Position numbers and translations under genes: made by a program
NCBI GenBank assembly: GCA_008501765.1
Contig: QQUE01000002.1
Coordinates: forward strand, 244,336 to 308,335
Reading direction: 5' to 3'
Origin: Calditrichota bacterium
GTDB taxonomy: Bacteria > Zhuqueibacterota > Zhuqueibacteria > Zhuqueibacterales > Geothermadaptataceae
DNA length: 64,000 nt
Shown here: in pieces, positions 8,862 through 17,818 of the stretch
Layout: each line of letters starts with the position of its first letter
How positions within the stretch are numbered: position 1 is the first letter of the stretch
The notes under the pieces: model-generated
What the model was told of the DNA's origin: nothing
Databases searched by the model: none
What the model saw: the letters and a program-made list of their open reading frames with translations, nothing else

Positions 8862-11414
8862 ATGAAACCAACGCCATATAGCCGTCCCAATACACACATC
8901 CCTGCCAATAATTTGCCAGCGAAACTATCAAACTTAACGAATTTAGCGTACAATTTATGGTGGACCTGGACACCTCAAATACAGGATTTATTTGCGACCA
9001 TCGATGAAACAGCCTGGAACGAACACCACAATCCGGTAAAAATAGTGCGAAAAACGTCAGCCGCCCGGTTTGATGCGCTGGTAAAAGATGCCGAATTTAT
9101 GGGCGCCTATAAAAAAGCCTGCTCCATGCTGGACAAAGAATTGTCACGCTCGACATGGCTTGACAAAAAATATAGCCAGTATTCTGATAAATTGATCGTT
9201 TATCTTTGTGCAGAATTTGGCTTGCACGAAAGCCTGCCAATTTATTCCGGTGGTCTTGGAATTCTTGCCGGAGATCACACAAAATCCGCCAGCGATATCG
9301 GCTTGCCGTTTATCGGCGTCGGCTTGTTGTATCGCAATGGCTATTTCAAGCAGGAGATTGACAAAACCGGAAAACAAATCAGTGTTTATCCAAAACACGA
9401 TTTTTCCGATCTCGCAGTGCAGGAAATTGTCGATTCCGCAGGCAAACCTATCACCGTTTCCGTTGATTTGCCAGACGGTCCGGTTAAAATTAAAGCATGG
9501 CTTTGCGACGTGGGTCGTTCCGTACTTCTTTTATTGGACACCGATTTTGAGGGAAATTCAAAAAAATCACGCACAATAACCCACCAGCTCTACGGCGGTG
9601 ACCGGGAAATGCGAATCTCGCAGGAAATCGTCCTTGGCATCGGCGGCGTTCGGCTGCTCAAAAAGCTCGGAATCGATCCTGATGCCTGGCATATGAATGA
9701 GGGGCACGTTGCATTTTCGCTGTTTGAACGCACGAAAAATATCATGATTGAACACGAGCTTGCCTTTGAGGAAGCCGCTGAAGTTGTTACTGCAGCAACG
9801 GTTTTCACAACGCATACGCCTGTCCCTGCCGGAAACGAGGCCTTCAGCTTGCCGTTGGTGGATAAATATTTTAGAACATACACAAAAGAACTAGGGATTC
9901 GTACGACCGATCTTCTTCACCTTGGCCTGCTCGAAAATGAAGATGGCGATAAATATTTCAGCATGACGATTCTTGCTCTGCGCTTATCGTGCAAAGCCAA
10001 TGGCGTGAGTAAATTGCATGGTTTGGTTTCACAGAAAATGTGGTCCCACCTGTGGGAAAACGTTCCGGCAACGGAAAACCCGATTACCAGTATTACCAAC
10101 GGCATTCATGCCCAAACGTGGATTGCACCCGAGATTTCTGAACTTTATGACAGGCAATTGAACGGAGATTGGCGCAAAAATCTCAACAATAAAAAATTTT
10201 GGCAACAGATTAAAAATATACCTGATGCCGAATTGGAAAAGACCAGTCAGGTACAAAAACAACGCTTTATTGACTTTGTACGCACACGGTTGAAACAGCA
10301 ATTTACCCGCAACAAATTAAATAAAAAATTAATCGCGTCCGTTGATAATTGGCTGGATCCCGACACATTAACCATCGGTTTTGCCCGGCGGTTTGCGACT
10401 TATAAACGGGCAACGCTCATTTTTAGCGATCTGAAACGCCTCGAAAAACTCATTTGCAATCCGAAAAAACCGGTGCAGTTTATTTTCGCCGGTAAAGCTC
10501 ATCCCGCCGATAAAGATGGCCAGGCGCTAATTAAGCGAATTTGGGAAGTATCGCAAATGCCTGTTTTTCAAGGGAAAATCGTCATTCTTGAAAATTATGA
10601 TATGGAACTTGGACGTCAGTTGGTTCAGGGCGTTGATATCTGGCTCAATAATCCACGGCGTCCACAGGAAGCCAGTGGCACGAGCGGGCAAAAAGTGCCG
10701 ATCAACGGTGGGCTCAACTTCAGCATTCTCGATGGCTGGTGGCCGGAAGCATTTGATGGCACCAATGGCTGGGAAATTGGCACCGAAGCAGAATACGAGG
10801 ATCTCAAAATGCAAGATGCCGACGATGCCGCTTCACTGTATGAGAAATTCGAAAAAGATATCGTTCCACTGTATTATGGCAATAAAAATGGGCGGACAAA
10901 ATGGTTTGCAGCCGTGAAATCATCGATCGCGACAGTGACGCCTGTTTTTAACACCGAAGCGATGGTTTGCAACTATTTCGAAAAGCTCTACAAATACGCC
11001 ATCGACAGGAACAAAAAAACCAACGAGCCCGATTTTGCCATCGCCCGCGATCTGTCGGTTTTCAAAGAAATCCTCTACGAAAACTGGCCACTGCTCCACT
11101 GCACATCTGTGGATTATGCCGTGAAAAAAAATCAACTCACTGTTAGCGCGGAACTGTATCTCGGCGAACTGGAGCCTGAGGATATTGAAGTACAACTTCT
11201 CTATTTATACACAAAAAATGGGCAGGAGCTCAAGGAGAAATTCACCCTCGAGCCGAGTAAGGGTAAGGGCAGTTTTACCAGTTCATATAAACTTGAAGAG
11301 AAAATCCCGTCTCATTTGAGAAAAGTGCAACCACAGCTCCGGGTCGTCGCAAAACACGAGGAGACCGGGCAGAAAATAGAACTCGGATTGATGTATATCA
11401 AAGATATTGGATAG
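8862..11414 (+). CDS. glgP: Alpha-glucan phosphorylase (GT35, GlgP/MalP family, DUF3417-type N-terminus)
   Basis: 850-aa ORF. YLCAEFGLHESLPIYSGGLGILAGDHTKSASDIGLPFIGVGLLYRNGYFKQ is the hallmark of the alpha-glucan phosphorylase family. An RBS-like AGGAAG lies upstream. Confidence 0.88.
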   Translation: MKPTPYSRPNTHIPANNLPAKLSNLTNLAYNLWWTWTPQIQDLFATIDETAWNEHHNPVKIVRKTSAARFDALVKDAEFMGAYKKACSMLDKELSRSTWLDKKYSQYSDKLIVYLCAEFGLHESLPIYSGGLGILAGDHTKSASDIGLPFIGVGLLYRNGYFKQEIDKTGKQISVYPKHDFSDLAVQEIVDSAGKPITVSVDLPDGPVKIKAWLCDVGRSVLLLLDTDFEGNSKKSRTITHQLYGGDREMRISQEIVLGIGGVRLLKKLGIDPDAWHMNEGHVAFSLFERTKNIMIEHELAFEEAAEVVTAATVFTTHTPVPAGNEAFSLPLVDKYFRTYTKELGIRTTDLLHLGLLENEDGDKYFSMTILALRLSCKANGVSKLHGLVSQKMWSHLWENVPATENPITSITNGIHAQTWIAPEISELYDRQLNGDWRKNLNNKKFWQQIKNIPDAELEKTSQVQKQRFIDFVRTRLKQQFTRNKLNKKLIASVDNWLDPDTLTIGFARRFATYKRATLIFSDLKRLEKLICNPKKPVQFIFAGKAHPADKDGQALIKRIWEVSQMPVFQGKIVILENYDMELGRQLVQGVDIWLNNPRRPQEASGTSGQKVPINGGLNFSILDGWWPEAFDGTNGWEIGTEAEYEDLKMQDADDAASLYEKFEKDIVPLYYGNKNGRTKWFAAVKSSIATVTPVFNTEAMVCNYFEKLYKYAIDRNKKTNEPDFAIARDLSVFKEILYENWPLLHCTSVDYAVKKNQLTVSAELYLGELEPEDIEVQLLYLYTKNGQELKEKFTLEPSKGKGSFTSSYKLEEKIPSHLRKVQPQLRVVAKHEETGQKIELGLMYIKDIG

Positions 11415-11417
11415 TCT

Positions 11418-11450
11418 AAAAAAAAGCCGGATTTACTCCGGCTTTTTTAT
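11418..11450 (+). terminator. Rho-independent terminator after glgP-like gene
   Basis: AAAAAAAGCCGGAtttaCTCCGGCTTTTTT: a perfect stem with A-tract and T-tract, which could function bidirectionally. Confidence 0.65.
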
Positions 11451-11948
11451 CGAAAATACATTTTTAACGAATGAGTAGCAATCCATCCTTCCATTTCCAG
11501 TAAAAGTAATTTATAATTTGGGTTGAGTTCTAGTTTTCCAGTAATACCACAAACTTCTACTACGCTCCCTTTTGGGATTTATGTAGTTTTTAGGTTTGTC
11601 AGTTTATAATCATGACATCTTTTCGGGATTAAATATAGTTTGCACATCAAAGTAATCCCAAAGAGGGTGCAACAATTATAACTGTAGTTAATATAATGAA
11701 TTAAAACCTGAAAGTGTGCAATAGATCATTGAAACTGGTAAAACAAACTTCCAGAGATAACTTCCACGTTAACAAACTTTTGTTTTTGTGGATCTTATAG
11801 GACAACCGAAGGATTGATTAGTTAAATAGTTGTTACAACAGGAAAATGCTGGGGATTTCATCTTGTTTTTTTGTCTATCATAATATTCGATATCCACAAT
11901 ATTTCTCGCCAAATTAATCTACTAACCAATCAAAACAGGAGGTACACT

Positions 11949-12353
11949 ATGCAGCGTTTCTGCCGTTTCTTTGTGGCAAACCGAAAATTGTTTCTCATTG
12001 GTTTGCTGATTTTTATGCTTTATGGTTTTCCGTCGTGTTGTGATGAGGATTCCGCAGTAAATGGACCCACGAACGAAAATTGTGATTATATAATTGAAGA
12101 AGATGGAATAATTTTTCAAACAGAAGTCGGAGAGGCCACGCAGTGGGGATTTTTAATTGAGAAAGAATCGGGGGATGAAGTGTTTGCTTTGTCCGATCCG
12201 CTCTTTCTCCCAAGAAACAACTTGCCATCCTTTTTACGTTCCGAAAGCTTAAAAGTACACATCGTCGGTGTAGCTGTTCCACCAGATATCGAAAATCCAA
12301 TAAATCAATGGGCAACACCACTATTAATTTTACGAATCAATACGATTGATTAA
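11949..12353 (+). CDS. Hypothetical lipoprotein
   Basis: Strong RBS (AGGAGG) 7 bp before the ATG at 11949. Signal peptide with a Cys-rich lipobox region (LLIFMLYGFPSCC). The longer annotated ORF (11871) lacks an RBS. Confidence 0.45.
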   Translation: MQRFCRFFVANRKLFLIGLLIFMLYGFPSCCDEDSAVNGPTNENCDYIIEEDGIIFQTEVGEATQWGFLIEKESGDEVFALSDPLFLPRNNLPSFLRSESLKVHIVGVAVPPDIENPINQWATPLLILRINTID

Positions 12354-12392
12354 TTTAATAACATAATGCACTTTTAAAAGGTGGGGTTGAAA

Positions 12393-14084
12393 ATGAAATA
12401 TAGAATATCAAATATTTACGTTTTACTATTGCTGCTTTTTAGTAACATCGCATTTGCTCAATTCAAGTGCGGAACAGAGAAAGGTGATCCTGCAAATACA
12501 CGAGGTAAATCCGAATTCAGTGGAATCAGCGAAAACTCGGGCAGCATTCCGGTCATATTCCATGTTATCTTTAATTCAAGCCAGGAAGGCAATATATCGA
12601 ACAGTACTATTGAAGCCCAGTTTAATGTTTTACAAAATAAGTTTTCAGGGCTGGGTTTTAGTTATTTCTTAGCTGGAATATCAAGAACGCAAAATAATAA
12701 TTGGTTTGAAATTACTGCTACAGGCGATGATGTCGATTCAATGAGAGAAAATTTGCATATTGACACAAGACGGGTATTAAATATTTACATAACAAAGTTA
12801 AGTGGTGATACTCAAGGTGTAGCGAAATATCCCTGGTTTAATGATTGGAAACAACACGGTGTTGTGATAGATTACCGGACTCTACCAGGCGGCTCACACC
12901 CAACAAAAAACCAGGGGAAAACATTAGTGCATGAAGTCGGCCATTTCTGGGGATTGATCCATCCGTGGGAGAACGAAGAATTTAAGTGTAATGAAATATA
13001 TGTACAAATGGGAGTGGACGAGTTTGTCTGGGGGGATGGTGTTTCGGATACTCCCATCCAGAAGTCGCCTACATATGGTTGTCCTTCATTTCATGATTCA
13101 TGCCAAAGTGAACCTGGAAATGATTCTGTGCATAACTATATGGATTATGCTGACGATCCTTGTATGTATGAATTCACCGACGGTCAAATCGACCGAATGA
13201 ACCTGAAACGGAGCGAATACCGCCCCAGCATCGGCGGCTCCACAATCTATATCACCGAAAATCTCGACATCGGTTCCAACCAATCCTACGAATTCCATGA
13301 AGGTACTTACAAGTTCGCTTCCGGCAAGAAAATCAACGTTGATGGTGAACTGAATGTCAATGGTTCTTCTTTCAATCCTGTTACGTTTACTTCCAGCGGC
13401 AGTTCATGGAACGGCATCTACTTTGCTTCAGGCAGCAATGGTTTAGTGGAATACACAAATATTGAAAATCTTACCGGAGGCTATTATTCCGGCGCTATCA
13501 CAATTTCCAACGCAACACCGGAATTTCAATACTGCAATATTGAAGTTACTACCGGTTCCAATGTTTTTGCTGTTTATCAATCCGGGAATTACGTCACACC
13601 AAGGTTTTACAAAAGCAAAATTAAAAGCAACTCCCAGTCGGCATTTAAAACCAGCGGTTCAAATGGCTATCTTTCTATCTATGACTGTGAAATTGTTCAA
13701 AACTCTGGTAATCCAGCGCTTGTTGCGAGCACCGGGATTATTGAATTCTGGCGGGCAGCCACTCATTACCAGGGTAAAAATAAAATCAAAGGCGGCAAGC
13801 TCTATGCTACCAATGCCGGTCTTATCCGTGCAGGCTTGTCTTCCGGGCAACGGGATATCAACCACTTTTGCGACAGCAACGCTTCAACCTTGTATGTTTC
13901 CAGTGGCGGTGTTATTTATGCAAAATACAACTACTGGTACAACGGCGCTCCACCCACACAAATCAACATGGGTGGTACTATCTACTACAGCAACAATCTT
14001 GGCTCTTCAAGCTGCTCCGGCATCTACAAAATCAAAGACAACCTAACATCAAATCCCCCCCATTTTTTAGTAAAACTGCTGTAA
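12393..14084 (+). CDS. Secreted zinc metalloprotease, M43 (pappalysin/cytophagalysin-like) family, with beta-helix-like C-terminal region
   Basis: Signal peptide MKYRISNIYVLLLLLFSNIAFAQ. Metzincin motif HEVGHFWGLIHPWE (HExxHxxGxxH). Gly/Ser/Asn-rich repetitive C-terminal part. The reading frame ends just after a C7-T6 homopolymer tract at 14055-14068. Confidence 0.8.
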   Translation: MKYRISNIYVLLLLLFSNIAFAQFKCGTEKGDPANTRGKSEFSGISENSGSIPVIFHVIFNSSQEGNISNSTIEAQFNVLQNKFSGLGFSYFLAGISRTQNNNWFEITATGDDVDSMRENLHIDTRRVLNIYITKLSGDTQGVAKYPWFNDWKQHGVVIDYRTLPGGSHPTKNQGKTLVHEVGHFWGLIHPWENEEFKCNEIYVQMGVDEFVWGDGVSDTPIQKSPTYGCPSFHDSCQSEPGNDSVHNYMDYADDPCMYEFTDGQIDRMNLKRSEYRPSIGGSTIYITENLDIGSNQSYEFHEGTYKFASGKKINVDGELNVNGSSFNPVTFTSSGSSWNGIYFASGSNGLVEYTNIENLTGGYYSGAITISNATPEFQYCNIEVTTGSNVFAVYQSGNYVTPRFYKSKIKSNSQSAFKTSGSNGYLSIYDCEIVQNSGNPALVASTGIIEFWRAATHYQGKNKIKGGKLYATNAGLIRAGLSSGQRDINHFCDSNASTLYVSSGGVIYAKYNYWYNGAPPTQINMGGTIYYSNNLGSSSCSGIYKIKDNLTSNPPHFLVKLL

Positions 14085-14926
14085 ATCAACAATTCAGTAA
14101 TATAAATAGCCAGCAATACAATTCTCCAACAGATTCAGACCTTTTCCATGCCAAAGATCTGGAGCTTTCCGGTCAAATCGAAGCTGCGGTTACGGCTTAC
14201 AAGGAAATTATTCTCAGCGGTAAAATGCCGGTGGCGCACACAGCTTTACTAGAATTGGGTGCTCTGAACGCAACGTTGAAATCAACAGAAACGATCGGGT
14301 TTTTCGAGAGCTTGATAGTGCAGAAATCGGCATTACAGCTTACGGCCATGTTGGTATCAGCGGGGCAATACAAGACTATGGGAGAAATGAAAATCGCTTT
14401 GCACTGGCTTGAGCAAATAAGTGCTACAGCGCCGGGCAGTACGGAAGATTTCAATGCGTGTATCAATCGTTTTCATATCTATTTTCTTACAGGTGATTTC
14501 TCAGCAGCGGCAAAAGAATTGGATGAAATCAAAGTAAAAGACAATGTAGAATATGTGGAATTGGCAAGTGCAGCTTCTTTGCTAGCTCTGGAACTGCCGG
14601 GCTATTCTTTGAAACAAAGAGCACCGGATTATGATGAGTTGGGATCTAAAAATATAGAATCACCTGCAGGTTTTGCTCTGCGCAACTATCCGAATCCATT
14701 TAATCCCGAAACCATCATTTCTTTCAACTCGCCCAGCAAATCCCATGTAAAGCTCAAGCTCTTCGACCTGCGTGGTCGTTTGCTGCGGATCCTGGTGGAT
14801 GAATCATTGCAAGAAGGAAATCATGAAATCTCTTTCGACGCACGGAATTTGGCCTCAGGGACCTATGTTTATACATTGGAAGCGAACGGACACAAGGAGT
14901 CGGCACGAATGACGATTCTGAAGTAA
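14051..14926 (+). CDS. C-terminal segment carrying a T9SS (Por) C-terminal sorting domain; probably the frameshifted continuation of the M43 protease gene
   Basis: Frame-2 translation after the poly-C tract is meaningful and ends with NYPNPFNPETIISFNSPSKSHVKLKLFDLRGRLLRILVDESLQEGNHEISFDARNLASGTYVYTLEANGH…, a typical T9SS CTD. It has no signal peptide or RBS of its own. The part of this ORF upstream of 14051 overlaps the protease in another frame and looks like noise. Confidence 0.6.
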   Translation, partial: KSPPFFSKTAVNQQFSNINSQQYNSPTDSDLFHAKDLELSGQIEAAVTAYKEIILSGKMPVAHTALLELGALNATLKSTETIGFFESLIVQKSALQLTAMLVSAGQYKTMGEMKIALHWLEQISATAPGSTEDFNACINRFHIYFLTGDFSAAAKELDEIKVKDNVEYVELASAASLLALELPGYSLKQRAPDYDELGSKNIESPAGFALRNYPNPFNPETIISFNSPSKSHVKLKLFDLRGRLLRILVDESLQEGNHEISFDARNLASGTYVYTLEANGHKESARMTILK

Positions 14927-15033
14927 AGGTCTGGATATAATTACATACCGGAGTAGCTCATTAGCTGTTCCGGTATGTTTTTTGAGAGTCTCGAAATATA
15001 AAAATAACAGGCAAGAAAGAGGTGAAATTGATT

Positions 15034-16107
15034 TCATCTTTCCTGCCTGTTATTTTTAACCGAATTTCCCTTTTTTAACTTCCACCAAATTAACATATCA
15101 ATATCTCCGGCGTAATTCTTTACCCCTTCTTTAATTCTATTGGCCTTCAAGTATTTATCATATGCTTTGTGGGAAAAATCTGCCACAATGCCGGCATGCT
15201 TTAACCAGTGATCCCGCACACGCTTGAAGTCAGCATTGATTTCAGGCCGGACTTGTTGCCGGTAAAAATTATAATCCCCAATTGTCGTGTACGCCCGCCG
15301 TAACAGCTTGCTCACTTGTGAAAAATGCGCGCTGTACCGCAACTGCGGATTTTCGCTCGATGTACAAACCAGATAGGCTAAAAAATTGGCTTCCGCTTCG
15401 TTGGCAATTCCCATCTGGTGGGCTTTTTCATGGGCCAGTACAATTGGATACTGAATTGGCAGTAACTCCTGGTTGACATGTACTTCATGGAAAAATGGGC
15501 TAAAAATGCCGCTGGTCATCGTTTTATTTAAAATAGCGTGAATTTGCAATTTTTTTGGCTGTCGTATTCCCTGCGGCAGCTTGATTCCCAACTGCTGCTC
15601 AACAATCATATACATTTTTTCGATTTCCGCTTCGATTCCTTCTTTGTCAAAATTCGCATAAACAAGATAGCTCTTATTGGCATTATCCAATTCGGATTGC
15701 AATGCTTGCTTAATTAACGTGGAATCAGCAACTGCCGAGGAAATCGCGAGGCGCTCGGTCATTGGCTGCCGCAGATAATTAAACCCCCAACTAAAATAAA
15801 ACCAGCTAAAAAGTGTACACAGGCTGAAAATGAGCACATACAATCCTCGCAGTGGTTTCATTCTTTTTAAAATCACCAAAATAATCAGGAAAATTAATGC
15901 CGGGATGAGAAGCACAAGCAGCAATTCAGAAATGGAAATAGGAATCCAGCCAAACAAAAATGTTATAATCCGGGTTATCCCAACATATAAAAAATCTGAG
16001 TATACCTTCTCAGTCAATTCAGGATTGGATGAAAAAACAAGCAGCCCCAGCACTGTCGGAAAAGAAATATAAAAAAGTGGCAATATTGATTTGATAAAAT
16101 TTTTCAT
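15034..16107 (-). CDS. DUF3810-like integral membrane protein with HExxH motif (putative membrane metallopeptidase)
   Basis: 357-aa ORF with several N-terminal TM helices and an LAHEKAHQ (HExxH) motif. Size and layout match the DUF3810 family common in the FCB group. Confidence 0.5.
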   Translation of the reverse strand: MKNFIKSILPLFYISFPTVLGLLVFSSNPELTEKVYSDFLYVGITRIITFLFGWIPISISELLLVLLIPALIFLIILVILKRMKPLRGLYVLIFSLCTLFSWFYFSWGFNYLRQPMTERLAISSAVADSTLIKQALQSELDNANKSYLVYANFDKEGIEAEIEKMYMIVEQQLGIKLPQGIRQPKKLQIHAILNKTMTSGIFSPFFHEVHVNQELLPIQYPIVLAHEKAHQMGIANEAEANFLAYLVCTSSENPQLRYSAHFSQVSKLLRRAYTTIGDYNFYRQQVRPEINADFKRVRDHWLKHAGIVADFSHKAYDKYLKANRIKEGVKNYAGDIDMLIWWKLKKGNSVKNNRQER

Positions 16108-16187
16108 AATTTACTTGATTAGTGTTTTTACGTTCACTATAATTAGACAGAAACGGTGGACATAATTACAACTCAACAGGAGTTAAA

Positions 16188-16427
16188 ATGAACGAACGAA
16201 TCCATGTTTTAGCACGATCCTTCGCCGGCATCGTCGAACCAATTCAATTTCTATTTAAAAGTCAATTGTATACAATCGATAATGTTCTCGATTATCAAGA
16301 AGAGACATTTAAAGGAAATATGCAATATTATCTTACGGTAAATTTAATTCCCAACGGTCATTGTGAATTGCATTTTGATTTAAAATCAGGAGAATGGACT
16401 TTATTAGAAGGCACGCTTCCATCCTAG
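16188..16427 (+). CDS. Small hypothetical protein
   Basis: 79-aa ORF in an otherwise empty interval. No motif. Confidence 0.3.
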   Translation: MNERIHVLARSFAGIVEPIQFLFKSQLYTIDNVLDYQEETFKGNMQYYLTVNLIPNGHCELHFDLKSGEWTLLEGTLPS

Positions 16428-16447
16428 CATCCTCCCATCCCTGACCA

Positions 16448-16512
16448 GGAGAGGGAAGTCCTCCCTCCTTCCCTCTCCGCTTAAATCGGATTGTACCATT
16501 TGGTACAATTTT
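16448..16512 (+). terminator. Two consecutive perfect palindromes (putative terminator/structured element)
   Basis: GGAGAGGGAAG-tcctccctc-CTTCCCTCTCC (11-bp stem) followed by ATTGTACCA-tt-TGGTACAAT and a T-run. Confidence 0.4.
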
Positions 16513-16702
16513 AAAAATTGGTTGGCCCTATCAGATCATCAATATTCTCAGCACCAATTTCAAATAATCATCCTAAATATTTGTTTTTACAAACACTAAT
16601 TTTCATTTACTACAACGAATAACTCCTTTTGGCATAGCCATTGTGATGTTCAGTGCGAAGATCAAATCAAACCAATCACACTTTTAACGAAGGAGTTACA
16701 AA

Positions 16703-17755
16703 ATGGAGTACTTCAAAAAATCACTGCTGGTTGCATTCGTTTTATCCGGATTAATTTTCATGGGTTGCGAACAAAACAATCCTGCTGAACCCGAAGACAC
16801 AGAACAGACCGAGCTCGAAAGTCTGGACAAAGTTGATGGCGGCTACACGACCGACGATGAGCTCCCCGGTTTTGGCGAAACGACGATGGTTGTCGAATAC
16901 GAAGAAACAGCGATGACCGTCAGCGATGACTATTCGGCTGCAGTGGACAGCGGACTTACTGAAAGCGCAATTCCTGCCTATTTTCTTCGATTGACCTGGG
17001 GACAACTTCTGGGCGATTCAACTGCAAGCACAACTGTTGACTGGAGTGGTTCGATCGAAATAAATAAAGGTGTTTTAGCGATTCAGAAAGCCGTCCGGTT
17101 TGAGCAAGGCGATTACATCCACTTACCACGAGAATCACGCCAGGCGCTTGAATTTACCTCGCTTACCAATGTTCATTTCGACGGAATCAGTTTAATAATT
17201 GTAGACAATGATACAACAGATTCTGATGGTTTGCTCACTGTGAATGCCGGTCCATATTCCCGGACGTTCAGTTTTGCCGAACTCGATGGAATCGAACTCA
17301 TCGATTCTGTTGACGACCTGGGTAATGAATTTTCAATCGTTGGCCACGCAAAGGAAGTTCATCCATTTGCAGGTGGTTTTTTTGCCGGGAAATGGTTACG
17401 TCGAGCAGGTGTTGGCGGTACTTTCGAAGGTCGCTGGATCAATAGCCTGGGGACATCTATTGGCTACATGAAAGGCATCTGGGGGCAGAACTTGCGTGGC
17501 ATGAATGTCATGTTCGGAAAATACATCCACCGTGACGGCACATTTGGTGGATTGCTGGCCGGTGAATGGGGCAGCGATGATATGACTGGCGAATCTGGTT
17601 GGATGAAAGGTCGTTGGATCAACCGCAGCAGAACGACGATTGGTCAGTTCAAAGGTGTCTGGCGCTCAAGTCTTGAAGTTGAGGGCAAAGGCTTCTTTCA
17701 CGGACGCTGGAACAGAAATGATGGCGCTCCCGAAGGCGAAGAAGCTACAAATTAA
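16703..17755 (+). CDS. Hypothetical lipoprotein with repeated G-x-W/GRW motifs
   Basis: Lipobox LIFMGCEQ. Acidic N-terminal linker. C-terminal repeats (GKWLRRAG…GRWINSLG…GIWGQNL…GRWINRS…GVWRSSL…GRWNRN). Confidence 0.5.
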   Translation: MEYFKKSLLVAFVLSGLIFMGCEQNNPAEPEDTEQTELESLDKVDGGYTTDDELPGFGETTMVVEYEETAMTVSDDYSAAVDSGLTESAIPAYFLRLTWGQLLGDSTASTTVDWSGSIEINKGVLAIQKAVRFEQGDYIHLPRESRQALEFTSLTNVHFDGISLIIVDNDTTDSDGLLTVNAGPYSRTFSFAELDGIELIDSVDDLGNEFSIVGHAKEVHPFAGGFFAGKWLRRAGVGGTFEGRWINSLGTSIGYMKGIWGQNLRGMNVMFGKYIHRDGTFGGLLAGEWGSDDMTGESGWMKGRWINRSRTTIGQFKGVWRSSLEVEGKGFFHGRWNRNDGAPEGEEATN

Positions 17756-17780
17756 ACTTACGACGCGCAAATAATTCATA

Positions 17781-17818
17781 AACGCCGGTTAATTAAAAAT
17801 AGCCGGCGTTTTTTTTAG
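17781..17818 (+). terminator. Terminator hairpin between convergent genes
   Basis: AACGCCGG-ttaattaaaaatag-CCGGCGTT followed by T8. Overlaps the stop codon of the minus-strand ATPase. Confidence 0.55.

Noticed and set aside
13868-14050. Upstream portion of the frame-2 ORF 13868-14926
   Set aside because: Translation there (MRQQRFNLVCFQWRCYLCK…) is nonsense overlapping the protease C-terminus in another frame. Only the part after the C7/T6 tract is meaningful.
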